A model generated the notes under the pieces. The model ran no database searches. It saw nothing but the letters and a program-made list of their open reading frames with translations, and had not been told where the DNA came from. The position numbers were made by a program, and so were the translations under genes. A stretch of 63,724 nt of DNA, filler included, from Octopus bimaculoides (taxonomy: Eukaryota): the NCBI RefSeq assembly GCF_001194135.2. It is 3 parts of 3 records of this genome, joined end to end, with 100 filler letters (N's around TTAATTAATTAA, not from the genome) between each part and the next. Parts side by side here need not be neighbours in the genome. Positions count along the whole stretch, not along the records: positions 1 to 31,613 come from NC_068983.1; 2 more parts are not named here. The stretch is one strand, 5' to 3'. Positions 1 to 13,189 of the stretch are shown in pieces. Each line of letters starts with the position of its first letter. Position 1 is the first letter of the stretch.

Positions 1-620
1 CACAGTATTTATAGCTCCAGAACATCTGCTGCATACAAAAACTAACTTCCTAGTTAACCTTCCTTTGATGTTGCTGCACCTCTTATGTGTCCATAGCTTG
101 CACTGGGTGCTTCTTATAGAGTTACTACCCACTCCTTTTCTACAGATCGAGCAAGGCCATCTACCCGAAGGGGTTTGTGTTTTGTCTGCCTTCCTACTTA
201 TGAGGATTTTGGTTTTAGCTAGGTTGACTCTAAGGCCCTTCGATTCTAGTCCTTGCTTCCACACCTGAAACTTCTCCTCTAATTGTGATAGTGACTCAGC
301 AATTAGTGCAAGGTCATGAGCGTAGAGGAGCTCCCAGGGGCATCTTGTCCTCTGTTATAGCCTGAAGGTCTATGATAAATAGGAGGGGGCTGAGGACAGA
401 ACCTTGGTGGACCCCTACCTCCACCCGGAATTCTTCACTGTACTCTTTGCCAACCCTCACCTTACTGACAGCGTTTCTGTACATGGCTCGCACAGCTCTC
501 ACTAACCATTCTTCTATCCCTAGTTTCCTCATTGACCACCAGATGAGAGATCGTGGGACCCTGTCAAAGGCTTTCTCCATATCAACGAAAGCCAGGAACA
601 GAGGTTTATCCTTGGCTAGG
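1..620 (-). mobile_element. RTE-clade LINE reverse-transcriptase fragment (one frameshift, truncated by gap and window edge)
   Basis: Minus strand reads FVDMEKAFDRVPR...GVHQGSVLSPLLF, then after a frameshift near 335 CPWELLYAHDLALIAES (YADD motif as YAHD)...GLRVNLAKTK...WPCSICRKGVGSNSIRSTQCKLWTHKRCSNIKGRL. Confidence 0.92.
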
Positions 621-1507
621 NNNNNNNNNNNNNNNNNNNNNNNNNNNNNNNNNNNNNNNNNNNNNNNNNNNNNNNNNNNNNNNNNNNNNNNNNNNNNNNN
701 NNNNNNNNNNNNNNNNNNNNNNNNNNNNNNNNNNNNNNNNNNNNNNNNNNNNNNNNNNNNNNNNNNNNNNNNNNNNNNNNNNNNNNNNNNNNNNNNNNNN
801 NNNNNNNNNNNNNNNNNNNNNNNNNNNNNNNNNNNNNNNNNNNNNNNNNNNNNNNNNNNNNNNNNNNNNNNNNNNNNNNNNNNNNNNNNNNNNNNNNNNN
901 NNNNNNNNNNNNNNNNNNNNNNNNNNNNNNNNNNNNNNNNNNNNNNNNNNNNNNNNNNNNNNNNNNNNNNNNNNNNNNNNNNNNNNNNNNNNNNNNNNNN
1001 NNNNNNNNNNNNNNNNNNNNNNNNNNNNNNNNNNNNNNNNNNNNNNNNNNNNNNNNNNNNNNNNNNNNNNNNNNNNNNNNNNNNNNNNNNNNNNNNNNNN
1101 NNNNNNNNNNNNNNNNNNNNNNNNNNNNNNNNNNNNNNNNNNNNNNNNNNNNNNNNNNNNNNNNNNNNNNNNNNNNNNNNNNNNNNNNNNNNNNNNNNNN
1201 NNNNNNNNNNNNNNNNNNNNNNNNNNNNNNNNNNNNNNNNNNNNNNNNNNNNNNNNNNNNNNNNNNNNNNNNNNNNNNNNNNNNNNNNNNNNNNNNNNNN
1301 NNNNNNNNNNNNNNNNNNNNNNNNNNNNNNNNNNNNNNNNNNNNNNNNNNNNNNNNNNNNNNNNNNNNNNNNNNNNNNNNNNNNNNNNNNNNNNNNNNNN
1401 NNNNNNNNNNNNNNNNNNNNNNNNNNNNNNNNNNNNNNNNNNNNNNNNNNNNNNNNNNNNNNNNNNNNNNNNNNNNNNNNNNNNNNNNNNNNNNNNNNNN
1501 NNNNNNN

Positions 1508-1555
<48 letters not shown>

Positions 1556-1606
1556 CATATATCATCATCATCATCATCATTTTCATCCCCATCACCATCA
1601 TCATCA
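1508..1606. repeat. (TA)n followed by (CAT)n microsatellite
   Basis: Directly visible; abuts the N gap at 621-1507. Confidence 0.95.
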
Positions 1607-1760
1607 TTGGACATCCATGTTCGATGCTACCATGTACTGGATGTTTTGTCAAGGATCTGATGAGTCCAAAGATTGCATTGTGGCTCCAGTGTCTGCTTTG
1701 GCAAGGTTTCTAAAGCTAGATGCCTTTCCTAATGTGTATACTGGGTGCATTTTTCATGCC
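1560..1760 (-). mobile_element. RTE-type 3' tail copy (LINE end or tail-sharing non-autonomous element)
   Basis: Reverse complement of the tail at 4230-4402 (ttaggaaggcatctagct..agaaacc..gccaaa..gac..tggag...gatgatgat). Confidence 0.75.
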
Positions 1761-2156
1761 ACTGGCACAGCTGAGGTTACCTTGTAGCTTGGAAGTCTAG
1801 AGAAATTGGGAGAGGTTGATAAACAACATCTATAAAGATTGAGAAGGGTTGATGAGAGGGGTTCTCAACTTGGGGAAGTCAGAGTGATTCTAGCAGCAGG
1901 GTACTAATGATGATACTGTTGACAGGGGAAGAGAGATGATGTGATTGGGTAGGTTGCAGGAACAGTGTAGAGAGATACATAGGTATAGTGCATGAGGAGA
2001 GATAATTTAGTGGGACAGGGAGCAAGGATGGGATAACCACTGTAACATGTGACTGTGGAGAACAACATCAATGGATTAAAAATGGCTAACAAGTGAGATG
2101 GTTCTGAATAACAAGAGATAGTAGAGAGAGAAAAGGAAATGAAATGTAAAATCAGG

Positions 2157-2199
<43 letters not shown>

Positions 2200-2724
2200 T
2201 GCATATATTGGTACAGGACGTCACCGACGGTGCAAATAACATGAAATATGTAAACAATGAGGAAAAGATGGAAAACAAGAGGAAAATAGTGAATGCTGGG
2301 ANNNNNNNNNNNNNNNNNNNNNNNNNNNNNNNNNNNNNNNNNNNNNNNNNNNNNNNNNNNNNNNNNNNNNNNNNNNNNNNNNNNNNNNNNNNNNNNNNNN
2401 NNNNNNNNNNNNNNNNNNNNNNNNNNNNNNNNNNNNNNNNNNNNNNNNNNNNNNNNNNNNNNNNNNNNNNNNNNNNNNNNNNNNNNNNNNNNNNNNNNNN
2501 NNNNNNNNNNNNNNNNNNNNNNNNNNNNNNNNNNNNNNNNNNNNNNNNNNNNNNNNNNNNNNNNNNNNNNNNNNNNNNNNNNNNNNNNNNNNNNNNNNNN
2601 NNNNNNNNNNNNNNNNNNNNNNNNNNNNNNNNNNNNNNNNNNNNNNNNNNNNNNNNNNNNNNNNNNNNNNNNNNNNNNNNNNNNNNNNNNNNNNNNNNNN
2701 NNNNNNNNNNNCTTCCTCTATCTT

Positions 2725-3147
2725 TCTCTAAACACCCTACCTCACCTGCTCCAAAGAAGGCGAAGGTCGTTTCATCTCCAAAGGTGATGGCCTCAGTGTT
2801 TAGTAGAAACAAAAAGCATTGAGTTTATTGACTATCTTCAGAAAGGCCACACCATCAATGGAGAGTACAATGCCAACTTGCTGAAGCAGTTACAAAAATC
2901 TATTATGACCAAACACCCAGCAAAACTGACAAAGGAGGTTTTATTTCAACTGGACAATGCTCCAACACACAAGTCGTATGGTTGTTGTGGGTGACTGTGA
3001 CTTTGAACTGTTTGATCACCTTCCCTATTATGGCTGCATCTGACTCTCATCTGTTCCCCCATAAGAAAAAACACTTGGCTGATAATAACCAGTATCACAG
3101 TAATGATGACATCATATCTGCTGCTGATGACTTTTTTGACCTACAGT
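2725..3147 (+). pseudogene. mariner transposase fragment (catalytic domain), degraded
   Basis: Reads SPAPKKAKVVSS..KVMASVF..IDYLQKGHTINGEY..LLKQL..VLFQLDNAPTHKS..SDSHLFP..HSNDDIISA, typical mariner DDD-domain motifs with frameshifts. Confidence 0.88.
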
Positions 3148-3154
3148 ATAAAAC

Positions 3155-3226
3155 AGTGTGTGTGTGTGTGTGTGTGTGCATGTGCATGTCTGTGCATGTG
3201 TGTGTGTGTGCATGTGCATGTCTGTG

Positions 3227-3263
<37 letters not shown>

Positions 3264-3292
3264 ATGTGCGTGTTTGTGCATGTGTGTGTGTA
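3155..3292. repeat. imperfect (TG)n / (TGCA) microsatellite
   Basis: Directly visible. Confidence 0.95.
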
Positions 3293-4402
3293 TGAGGTGC
3301 AGCAATATCAGAGGAAGGTTAACAAGCAAAATAGCTTTTGTGCATGGAAGATGCACAGGTACAATAAACATGGAAAATGTACATAAAATAGACTCTATCA
3401 ACTACCAGGGAGGTAAGCTAGAGGTAGTAGATAGCTTCCGTTATGTAGGTGACCAAGTTAGTAGCAGAGGTGGATGGTCCGAGAGTGTAGCTGTAAGAAT
3501 AAGATTAGGCTGGGTAAAATTCAGAGAGCTCCTACCTCTGCTGGCAACAAAGGGCCTCTCTCTCAGAGTGAAAGGCAGATTGTATGATGCCAGTATGTGA
3601 ACAGCTATGCTACATGGCAGTGAAATATGGGCTGTGACATGCATAGGTTTGAAAAAAATAAAGCCGGTATGCTTCGCTGGATGTGCAATGTCGTTGTGCA
3701 TGTTCGACAGAGTGTAAACATCTTGAGAGAAAAGTTGGGCATAAGCGGCATCAGATGTGGTGTGCAAGAGAGATAACTGTGCTGGCATGGTCATGTGATG
3801 TGTATGAAAGAGGACAGTTGTGTAAAGAAGTACTGATCTCTAACTGTGAAAGGAATCTGTGGTGGGATGAGGTGGTGAAGCATGACCTCCAAACTTTGGG
3901 CCTCATAGAGGCAATGACTAGTGACTGAGACCTCTGGCAGTATGCTGTGCTTGAGAAGATACGCCAAGCAAAGTAAAATCGTAGTTGTGGCTGATGCTGG
4001 TGTCATGTAATTGGCACCCATGCCAGTGGCACATAAGATGCACTTTTTGAGCGTTGAGCCTCATGGGGGCAAATTGGCTGAGCTCCTTTCACAGAGCACA
4101 GAGGAAATGACCAAGACCTTTGGCATTATGTCATGCTTGAGAAAAAAACCCATCAAGCTAAATAAAATTACATTTGTGGCAGATATCGGTGTCACGCATA
4201 TGGCACCCATGCCAGTGGCATGTAAAAGCACCCATTACACTCTCAGAGTGGTTGGCATTAGGAAGGGCATCTAGCTGTAGAAAACCATGCCAAATCAGAC
4301 TGGAGTCTGGTGCAGCCTTCCAGCTTGCCAGCCCTGGTCAAACCGTCCAACTCATGTCAGCATGGACAACAGATGTTAAATGATGATGATGATGATGATG
4401 AT
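3292..4402 (+). mobile_element. 5'-truncated RTE LINE 3' end (ORF C-terminus, 3' UTR, (GAT)n tail)
   Basis: RCSNIRGRL..KLEVVDSFRYVGD..RIRLGWVKFRELLPLL..KGRLYD..MLHGSEIWA..LRWMCNV..WHGHV..WDEVVKHDLQTLGL; ORF stop near 3977; UTR with repeated ggcacccatgccagtggc; ends in gatgatgat at ~4380-4402. Overlaps the fragment at 1-620 in sequence. Confidence 0.92.
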
Positions 4403-4467
4403 GGATACATACACACACACACACACAAAGATATGCACGCATGCATACATGTATTTATGTGTGCTTA

Positions 4468-4660
4468 TATCATTATCATTAACATTCCTTTATCCATGTT
4501 GTCTTGGATTGGATGGTTTGACATAAACAGACAACCCAGAAGGATGCACCAAGCTCTAGTGTCTGCTTTGGCTTAGTTTCTACAGCTAGATGCTCTTTCT
4601 TACAACAACCAGTGTACTGGAAGGTTTTCTCATAGCACCAGCACTGGTGAGATCACCTAG
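4468..4660 (-). mobile_element. RTE-type 3' tail copy, inverted relative to 4230-4402
   Basis: tccatgttgtcttggattggatggtttgac...gtttctacagctagatgctctttcttacaacaacca is the reverse complement of the neighbouring tail. Confidence 0.75.
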
Positions 4661-5777
4661 TACCTTCAAGACAAGACCCCCTTAACTGAGTGGGGTATAA
4701 TATTTAGGGATATGAAAGTATGATAGAGGGACAGGAGCAAGTGTCTTGCTGGAGAGGTGACTACATAACTACAATGTGAATATGACTGAGAGAGTGGAGA
4801 GGATAGAACAAGAGAAAAGTTGAGTAGGTAGGTAAGTGCACTAGAGTGAAAATAGTATGACAGTTGATTGGAGATGGGAATCGATAGTGGACACAGTAAA
4901 TCTTAGTTGGAAGATAAGGAGTGAAGTAAGAGACAGGACTATGTTCTCTGTTTGATTTATCCTATTCTGTTTCTTAGTGTTTATAGGTTATGATTGATGG
5001 CACTGTGATTATGGCTATCTCTATGCTTTAATCATTTTCTTTTCTGCTACCTTCTTTTCCTTCTTTTCCCTCCTTCTCCTTTGAAATTTCAGAGACCTTC
5101 ACTATTCTATGCACTTTTCCTTAAATTATTTCCTCTGAATTTTAATTAGCTGGCTCTCCCATGATTAAAGTTAATATCCAATTAGTTTTACATTAATTAA
5201 TCAGAGCATTTTAATCAAGATGAATAAAGTATATGAATAAATAACACTGAAATTTATTAACCATGTCACTCCTTAGTGTACAAAACAATATAATACAATA
5301 TAACCATTCACATCTGTTTTAAAAGGTGTTTTAATAGGGACAAATGTCATGCTTGATGCCTGCTATCTGCTGGCATACATCTTTAGGATAGAAATGCTTT
5401 TAACTATTCTTTAATTTACAATCCTATTCTGCTATCCACCCTTTGATTGATAGATTGTAGTCCAATATTTCTTAAATACTGGTAATTCTGATTAGAAATT
5501 TCACTTGATAATATGTTGATGAATCAACATGTTTCTGCTCACTTTTTTTATTTGATAAGTCTGATAAGTTGAGAGTTGCATAATGTATTACATGACTGTA
5601 TTGATATCATGCATATTTCATACTTGACTACACCATGTTTACATCACAATAAAGACTCTTAATGAAACAATTGTAGCAATACCAGATAACCCATTCATCC
5701 ATTTTTATGATGTGCGTGTGTGTGTGTGTGTGTGTGTGTGCAAGCAAGGAAAAGTGCATGTTAAAACAATGATGGTG

Positions 5778-5817
<40 letters not shown>

Positions 5818-8800
5818 TATTTCACTTAGGTATAGCGATACTCATAACATAGTGAGCAGAAACAACTGTAAGCTAGTGAGGTTCATTACATTTCATATAT
5901 ATATGGGAAAGAGAGAGAGATTGATCCTTTGCAGTTTATAAGCACTAATCCTTCTTACCTTCTAGGTGGTGATGCCTATACAAGTGAGCAGTTATATAAT
6001 TGATGGAATAACCAATCTATAATGGTCTACTTTTAAAGAAAGCAGTTTTACAAGGTCAATCAGCTTGCTAGAACAACCATATCTCTTTCTCAAAATCCAC
6101 CTGACAACTTCAAATTAATACAATAATATGGTTCTAGATGCACTATGTCTGTAAAAATAAATGAGATATTCGTAGCAGAAATGTCTTTGACCATAAGTCT
6201 GCTAGATCAGATATTGATGTGGAGCTAAATGACAACAACACGCTGCATTTTTTTTTTCCATATTTTTATATTTACTCCAAGTCCTCCAACTGAATCTGAT
6301 TCATTTGTGTACATTCTCAGTATTTCCCTCCAACTGAGTTCAGTCAAGATGAATTTGAAATGGTGTCCATCCATAATGAAAAATTAATGTATCTTTATAT
6401 CACATAATTTAAGAATTTGCTTCAAGGTCTAGATTGGTTGGGCTGCATGAGCTTGAATGTTTGATTTGACATGCTTTTATGTGAATTGAGAATTGGAGAG
6501 CTTTTCCCAGATTAACTTCAACTTTCCAATTATTAGAACTGTGAAACAACTTCACTGACAAATGAAATTCCCCAGCTTTGTGAAGCAGGATTTAATCCAA
6601 TCTAATATTAACATCCCACATGGTGATAGTAAGTCATTGATTATTTATTATATGAGACAAGATTTTCAAAACTTTATTCTGATAAGTTTAAGAAGGTAGA
6701 TAAATGTTGTTCACTGAGAGAACCTGCTGTAATTCAGCTTTCAATTCATACCTAAAGCATATTTTTACATCAAAGGCTATGTCACCACAAAAGCTTGAGA
6801 TTACCCAGAAAAGGAAACTTATTGATGCATGAAAAAGGAAAGTACAAACTGATATTTTCCATCATTTCAGAAAAGGATCTCAAAGAGCTTTTTAGCTACA
6901 CCATAATCCATTTCCTTGCTTAACAAGACTTTGTAACTTTTTACTCTTTTTTAAAGTGAGACATTTCTCATTTACAAGTTCCCATGTGCCCTAATTTACA
7001 ATGAACAATAGAGTTGTTGGTTACAAGTTTCCAATGGTTCCCTACATTTCTTATAAGAAGATTGATATGGCAGTGTCTAAACTAATGCAAAGGACTTCAT
7101 TCATAAATCACTATTCTGGGTTGTTTCTTACTAATATTTATATCTTAAATTAAAATATTTTCAGATGAGTCTTTTAAAAGCTTCTTTTCAACAAATTTCT
7201 GTCTAAAAATGGCAAAAGCTAAGATATATTCATCCTAAAAAAAAAGTTTCCAATTGGATGAGTTTCTTATAAATAGAATAAATAGAAAAAGGTGAACATA
7301 ATGTAGAAACAATTATATTATATGATGTGAAGAAGTTTTGCTAAATAGCTAAAGGATAACAAATACATTACTTTCTTTCATATAGGCCCAAGACCCTAAA
7401 TTTTAAAGAAGAGAAAATGGGGCATTTTCATTTATATGCTTCTTTTTCTTATTTGATAGGAAATGAGACTGTATTACAGATTTGACTCAATAGGCACTTA
7501 CCACAAAAATCAACATAGAAGATAAAAAATATTCATCCCAAATTGAAAAGTCAGTATTTGATTTGAATCTACTGTTGTGAGTTGCAACTCACATATTATC
7601 AAGTCATGTGAGTTGCAACTCACATGATATTATCAAGTCATAATATCCCTGCACAGGGTGAAAATTAGAATTAAAACTTGTAAATGTTTCTGCTCTGCTT
7701 CTTTCCCTCATTTTCACAATTTTAGTGACATACCATCTTTGCCTAACTTACTTGTTGTGGTTGGATTACACTCATCGCAAACATCCTTCTTCACTTTACT
7801 ACAATGTGTGCTTCATCTAAACACTTTTTTCCAGAGAGTGCTGCTTTTATAATCTTTTATTGTTTATTCCCAAGAAGTATATATATTTGTTTCAAATCAT
7901 CATTATTTAGCAGTACAGGTAAAAATATTGCCAAGATCTGACTCACAACCTACTGTATCAGTCTCATTCTATTTTTAATTAACTATAGTTAATTAAAATT
8001 TTGGGTAGTCTCTGCCTCACTTGACCATGATTATTTCTCCTCACCACATGAGTAATTTTAATTATAATTTCTTCATTTACTACACCATTTTAGGATTGAT
8101 TTTACTATTTCTCATTATTCAGTGAAAACGATTTTTCAGAAAAGATATGCTAGATAATGAAATTCTGCTTTATTCAATGTTGAAAGGATAAATTTACTGA
8201 GACAAAACATAGCATTCTACCATTTAATAAAAGGGAGCTATACAAACAAGATTAGAAACTAGCATCCACTATACGTGATGTAAATGACCTTGTCTGTTGA
8301 TATATTGATAATTTGTTTTCGGATCATAAGGCAACATTCTATAAGATGTTTCTAATTTTCCAAGTGACAGAGCACTTTTTTCTCCCAGTAATGTTTAGAT
8401 CTTAACATGAGATTGGCTGCTGTTCATTAGTCATTATATACAACCTGTAATTGGAACCAGATTTCAAATCCAATGTCAAAGTGGAATGAGATAATTAAAG
8501 GCCTGTATAGTAAAATGGTTTCTCCAGATTCAAGCTAACAAACCACTTGTCAGTTCTAAGGAACTACCACTTTATTACAGTGTCAAGTTGCTCCTACCCT
8601 TTAATAATATTCATTTATGGCAAAGTAAACTGGGCTGTTTAAAACTTAAATGTGTTGGTCATGGACACAATGCAGTTACTGGTAATACAGATACAAACAG
8701 CCAATTTTTTTAGTCGTTTCCCTGATACCTTATCCACTTGGTTATCCATGTTCTCATTAACATCAGCCCTTTGGAATTCCTTATCACCTATCTTTTTCTA

Positions 8801-9309
8801 GCAACTACCAATTTGCAACTACTCAAGAGAAGTGTAAATTGTATCAGTCCCACCACACTCAGAAATGCATGAAAATCCATGAGTACATCTCTTTTCTTCA
8901 GACCAAATCGATTAAAAGAATTTTTTAAAATAATAAATATATGAGTACTTATTTTTCTTGCTTGTTCAGTACAGAAAGTTGCCATTAATCTACACCAGCA
9001 TATAACTCTTTAACTGGGGTTATCCAAAGAGATACTGCCACAAAAGCCTATCATTTTACCTATTATCTTTGATATATGTAATTTGAAAAAATGATTATTT
9101 AACTTTTGATTAAATAATGAATTTAAAAATACATTGAAAATTTGGATTGAGTAGAGTCAAGTATATGGTTTTTCCAAACCTGGGCACCAAACCATTAATC
9201 CATTAATTATTAATGAATGAAGTTAACATTTTTGCTAATGATTTAACTTTTAAGTTAACTTTGGAAATCATTATCAAACTAATTAACTTCTGTTACATTT
9301 AACATCTGT

Positions 9310-9925
9310 TCACTCAAGTCCATTTAGGCTCAAGGACTTCAGGTCCAAGGGCCTTGTCTTCTGCAGCCCATTGGTCGATGCACTTTTAGCAGGCATTGGC
9401 AAAAGGTTTAGGACCCTCCTGGAGGATGAGGAATGCCAGCTGGCTGCTGCCTTCCACCTAGGGTTTCACCTCATCTGGTTGGATAAGTATGACAACATCA
9501 AGGTTGCCAAGGTGAGGAAAATCATGGAGGATAAGGTTAAGGAGGCTATGAGGTAGCGGTCTGACAAAGTGGGCAGCAACAGTGGAGGTAGTAACAATGA
9601 AAAGGAGGAGGATGACTTCTTCAGTGGTGTCACCCAGCCAAAAGAGAGCAGCAGGAGCCACAGGTCACTCAAGTAGAAAGCCCAGAATTTGGTTAAGACT
9701 TAGTTGGAGACCAACTCTAAGCACTTGCTGGTAGATGCTGCTTTCTTGAGTGAGCAAGTGTTGGTGAACCTGGTCATCAAGTTCAATACAACCATCCCTT
9801 CCAGTGCTGCAGTGGAGCATTTGTTCTCTATGGGCAAGGACATCTTGAGGGCCAAGAGATCATCCCTGTCTGACGAAAACTTTGACATGCTAATTTTCAT
9901 GAAGGGCAACATACATCTCATGAAC
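9310..9925 (+). pseudogene. hAT transposase C-terminal (dimerisation-domain) relic
   Basis: ORFs 9371-9556 and 9704-10039 are in the same frame, separated by in-frame stops. Motifs CQLAAAFH..F.L.WL and NTTIPSSAAVEHLFSMGKDILRAKRSSLSDENFDMLIFMKGN. Confidence 0.88.
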
Positions 9926-11408
9926 AAAATAAAGAACACAAAATTATGTATATATCGTGTTTTTCATTTTTTTTTTTCTTTTACACCCACTTTATCAATA
10001 AACTTTTTTAATTTAATACTAATATTGTGTTTCATTTGAGTTTTTTTTTAACCCTTTTCTGACTCTAAAAGCCTTTAAAAACCTAAAAAAGGGCCCAAAC
10101 TATGAAATCAGCCTTTTTAAGGTTTTGTAAAAGTTAAAGCGATAAAATCAGCATTTTATACCTTTAAAGCAAACAAAAAACTATAGTTTTTGGGTTCTAA
10201 AGCCCTTAAAAAGGCCCAAAAAGGCAAATTTTATGGTTTTGGTACTTTTAATAGTGTTTTTTGGTGGTTTTAGAGTAAAAACTGATTTTATGTTGTACTT
10301 GTGCTTACGTTAAATATGCTTGTGCATCACTTTGCTTTCTTTTATAGTGTATCCTATGTGAGATATGAATATTGTGAAGAAGTTGATAGTGACTTCACGC
10401 ATTTGTGTCTTTTTTGTGTGTGCATATATGGTATGTTTTGTTTTTTGAGTGTGATGAAAGTTGGTTGTATTCAATGTTCCCTGTTGTTTCTGGAAAGTAG
10501 AGAGACTGTGGATTTGATAGATGCTATTTTAAGTCTATTGTTGTGAAGTTAAGTTTCTTGGTAAATTGAAATCGAAGTAATTGTGCATCAATATTTGGAG
10601 AATTAAGAGATGTGAGCATGATATTACCTATGTATGAGATTGTCTGTGTGTTTCGTGGAGGCGTGGGAAGATTGTTTTTATCCTGTTCACTACATAAGCA
10701 TGGCAGCTACTTGAGTAGTTTACTAAGCAGCCTTTTGTCATGTTATTTTAAGAGTATTTTTCATACAAGTAGCTAATGGAAAATAGAGTTAAAAGTATTT
10801 TCTGTGTTAGGTTTGTGAACTACATGCCTCTTGAGTATAGTGGTCTGAATTCATGTAGTACTTTAGAAAGTTGGGATTTAGAGATGTCAAAGGTTGACCT
10901 TTCTGGATTATTTTAGAGTAGTCAGAGGACAGCAATGGTCTAAATGATTTTGTATTATTTAAGCATTTGTTGGGCTTTAGACTCGTTATAATTTTACCCA
11001 GCTTCCAGATTTAGGAAATTTGACAATGTTCATATGAGTAAGTTGTTGAGACTGGCAAGAACAATAATTCCTTTAGGTTAATGGTACCCAAACTTTTGAA
11101 TTAACTGACAACATTACAGACTTGCAAAGCCTTCTCTAACTCCTGATCACACACTTAGTAAAATAGTGAAATGAAAATGAAAGAAGATTTACAAGATGTG
11201 AAAATTCTTAAAATTAATTCATTATCAATGGTAAACTATCATAAATGATGTAGATTATTCAAAACGTCATTAAATAAGTAATCTTTATCATCAGTAAAAT
11301 GCAATATACAAATATTTCAAATGTTAATGCCATTCATTGTTAGGTATGGAAGGGAGATACTTTTCCCTTTTGTGTAGTTGAAAATGAATGGTATTGACGA
11401 TTTGTAAC

Positions 11409-11962
11409 GTTCCCCTTTCCAGTATCTGATGCTGAAGAAGAGATAATCATTCTGAAATGCATGCATCCATCAGATTGATAAGAGGGCACTTCAAACTAAC
11501 TTGGTGTGTTTACACCTATTTGTCTACAATGAGGAATTTTCTCCATGGAAAAATACAGGGAATGGCTTTCTTATGGATTCAAATATTCCTCAAGCATATT
11601 TGAACTGGTAACAAGTTTGTATTTATATGCATCACTGGTCAGCATTTCTATTCTGCATTTTATTTATGGTGAGCCACTGATTAGGGCAACCAGTCACAGT
11701 ATGATGACTCGAATATGATAAGAGATATTTAACTCTTGTCAATTCATAGTGTTCCCTTTCCTGGTATACTGAAGAAGAGATAACCACTCTGAAATGCATG
11801 CATCCATCAGTCTGGTTAGAGGGCACTTCAAACTGACTTTGTGTGCTTATACTTGTTTCTTTGTAGTAAGAAATTTTCTCTATGACAAAATACAGTTAAC
11901 GGCTTTCTTACAAGTTTGAATATGCCCCAAGCATATTTGAACTGGTTACAAGTTTGTATTTT
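11409..11962. repeat. diverged direct duplication, ~215-bp units (11409-11623 and 11750-11962)
   Basis: Shared blocks gttccc(c)tttcc, ctgaagaagagataa, ctgaaatgcatgcatccatcag, gagggcacttcaaact, caagcatatttgaactgg..acaagtttgtattt. Confidence 0.9.
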
Positions 11963-13189
11963 GACAGTGCTATATAGCAGATTCCAAATGTCACCTCTCT
12001 TTAGTGTTATGTGTTTATCACTTGAAACATTGCTACATTATATTTTATTACTAACAAAAATTAAAAGTGATTAGCTTTAAAAATAACAAAATTCACTTTT
12101 CAGTTTTGTCCACTAAACACTAAGACAGGCAAATAAGTTGTTGTCTGTTGTGAAGAATAAAGTAACTATTTCAAACTTATGACTTAATGATATTTGAATA
12201 TATCCTGAATATTAAAGGTGTGTAACTTGAAAGTTCATTTACCCCACTATATACAGTGTACTAAAAAAAATATGAAACACTGAGAATTATTGAGAGATAA
12301 AATCAGACATCTTGGGATCCATGGGCCTACTGAATGCTAATAATAATATGGGTGTTTATCAAAGTTAAGTCCGTTTTGTTTCTTGCTTTTTTTGTATGCT
12401 TAACAGCAACAACAGCAACAAGCATTTTAAGGTCATTTTTTTGTTATAGTGAGGGTTAGCCAAGCAGCTCATGAGAATCTTTTCCATTGTGCTCTATTGT
12501 CTGCACACCTTACTAATTTTCTTGCCCTCATTTCTTTTTCCACCATCTTTAGCCTCATCTCTCTCAGTTTTTCTCTTCTGCTACTTCTTTCCACATTTCT
12601 TTCATTTCTCTCACCTGATCTTCTTCATCATTCCTCAGTGCATGACCTAGCCTTCTCATACCATTTCACTGCAGATCCATTGCTGGTTCAATTCCTATTA
12701 CTCTCTCTGTAATCTTTTGTCCACTTCTCTCTCAGTAATATTCTGTTCATCCACTGAACTATTATCATTTCCTTTCTTTCCAGCCTTCTCTTTCTCTGTT
12801 CCATGTCCATTATTCATGTTTCTCTCTCATAAACCATAGCACTTATTAGACATGCAGAATGCAGTTCCCCTTTAATTTATTCATGAATGAATATGCCTGA
12901 AATATAATAATCTGAAATTATCTGAAATATAATAATGCAAAAGTCTGAGAACTGAGTAAGTTTGCTTTTATTCAGCTAATTCCCTTTGTGGTACTTAAAT
13001 TTATTACTCAAATAGTTACACTTATATACTTTTAAGAAATTTATTTTATGATGTATTACACAAAATATGCATGAAACAATTATGTAAAATAATTCAAAAT
13101 TAAGTAAATGTTTATCAGAATTAACTCGTTTTTATTATGTAAAACTCTACACCATTTGTGGGTCATTTTGTATTAACTTTGGACTTCGT

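Noticed and set aside
314-2822. Long ORFs (300-470 aa) in the track here and at 50367-50801, 53856-54645, 59541-60068 and 61528-62218
   Set aside because: They are open only because they run through N gaps. Only the RT and mariner portions outside the gaps are real.
8300-9050. Possible decayed Gypsy or LINE coding sequence
   Set aside because: Hand translation gave no convincing conserved motif in any frame.
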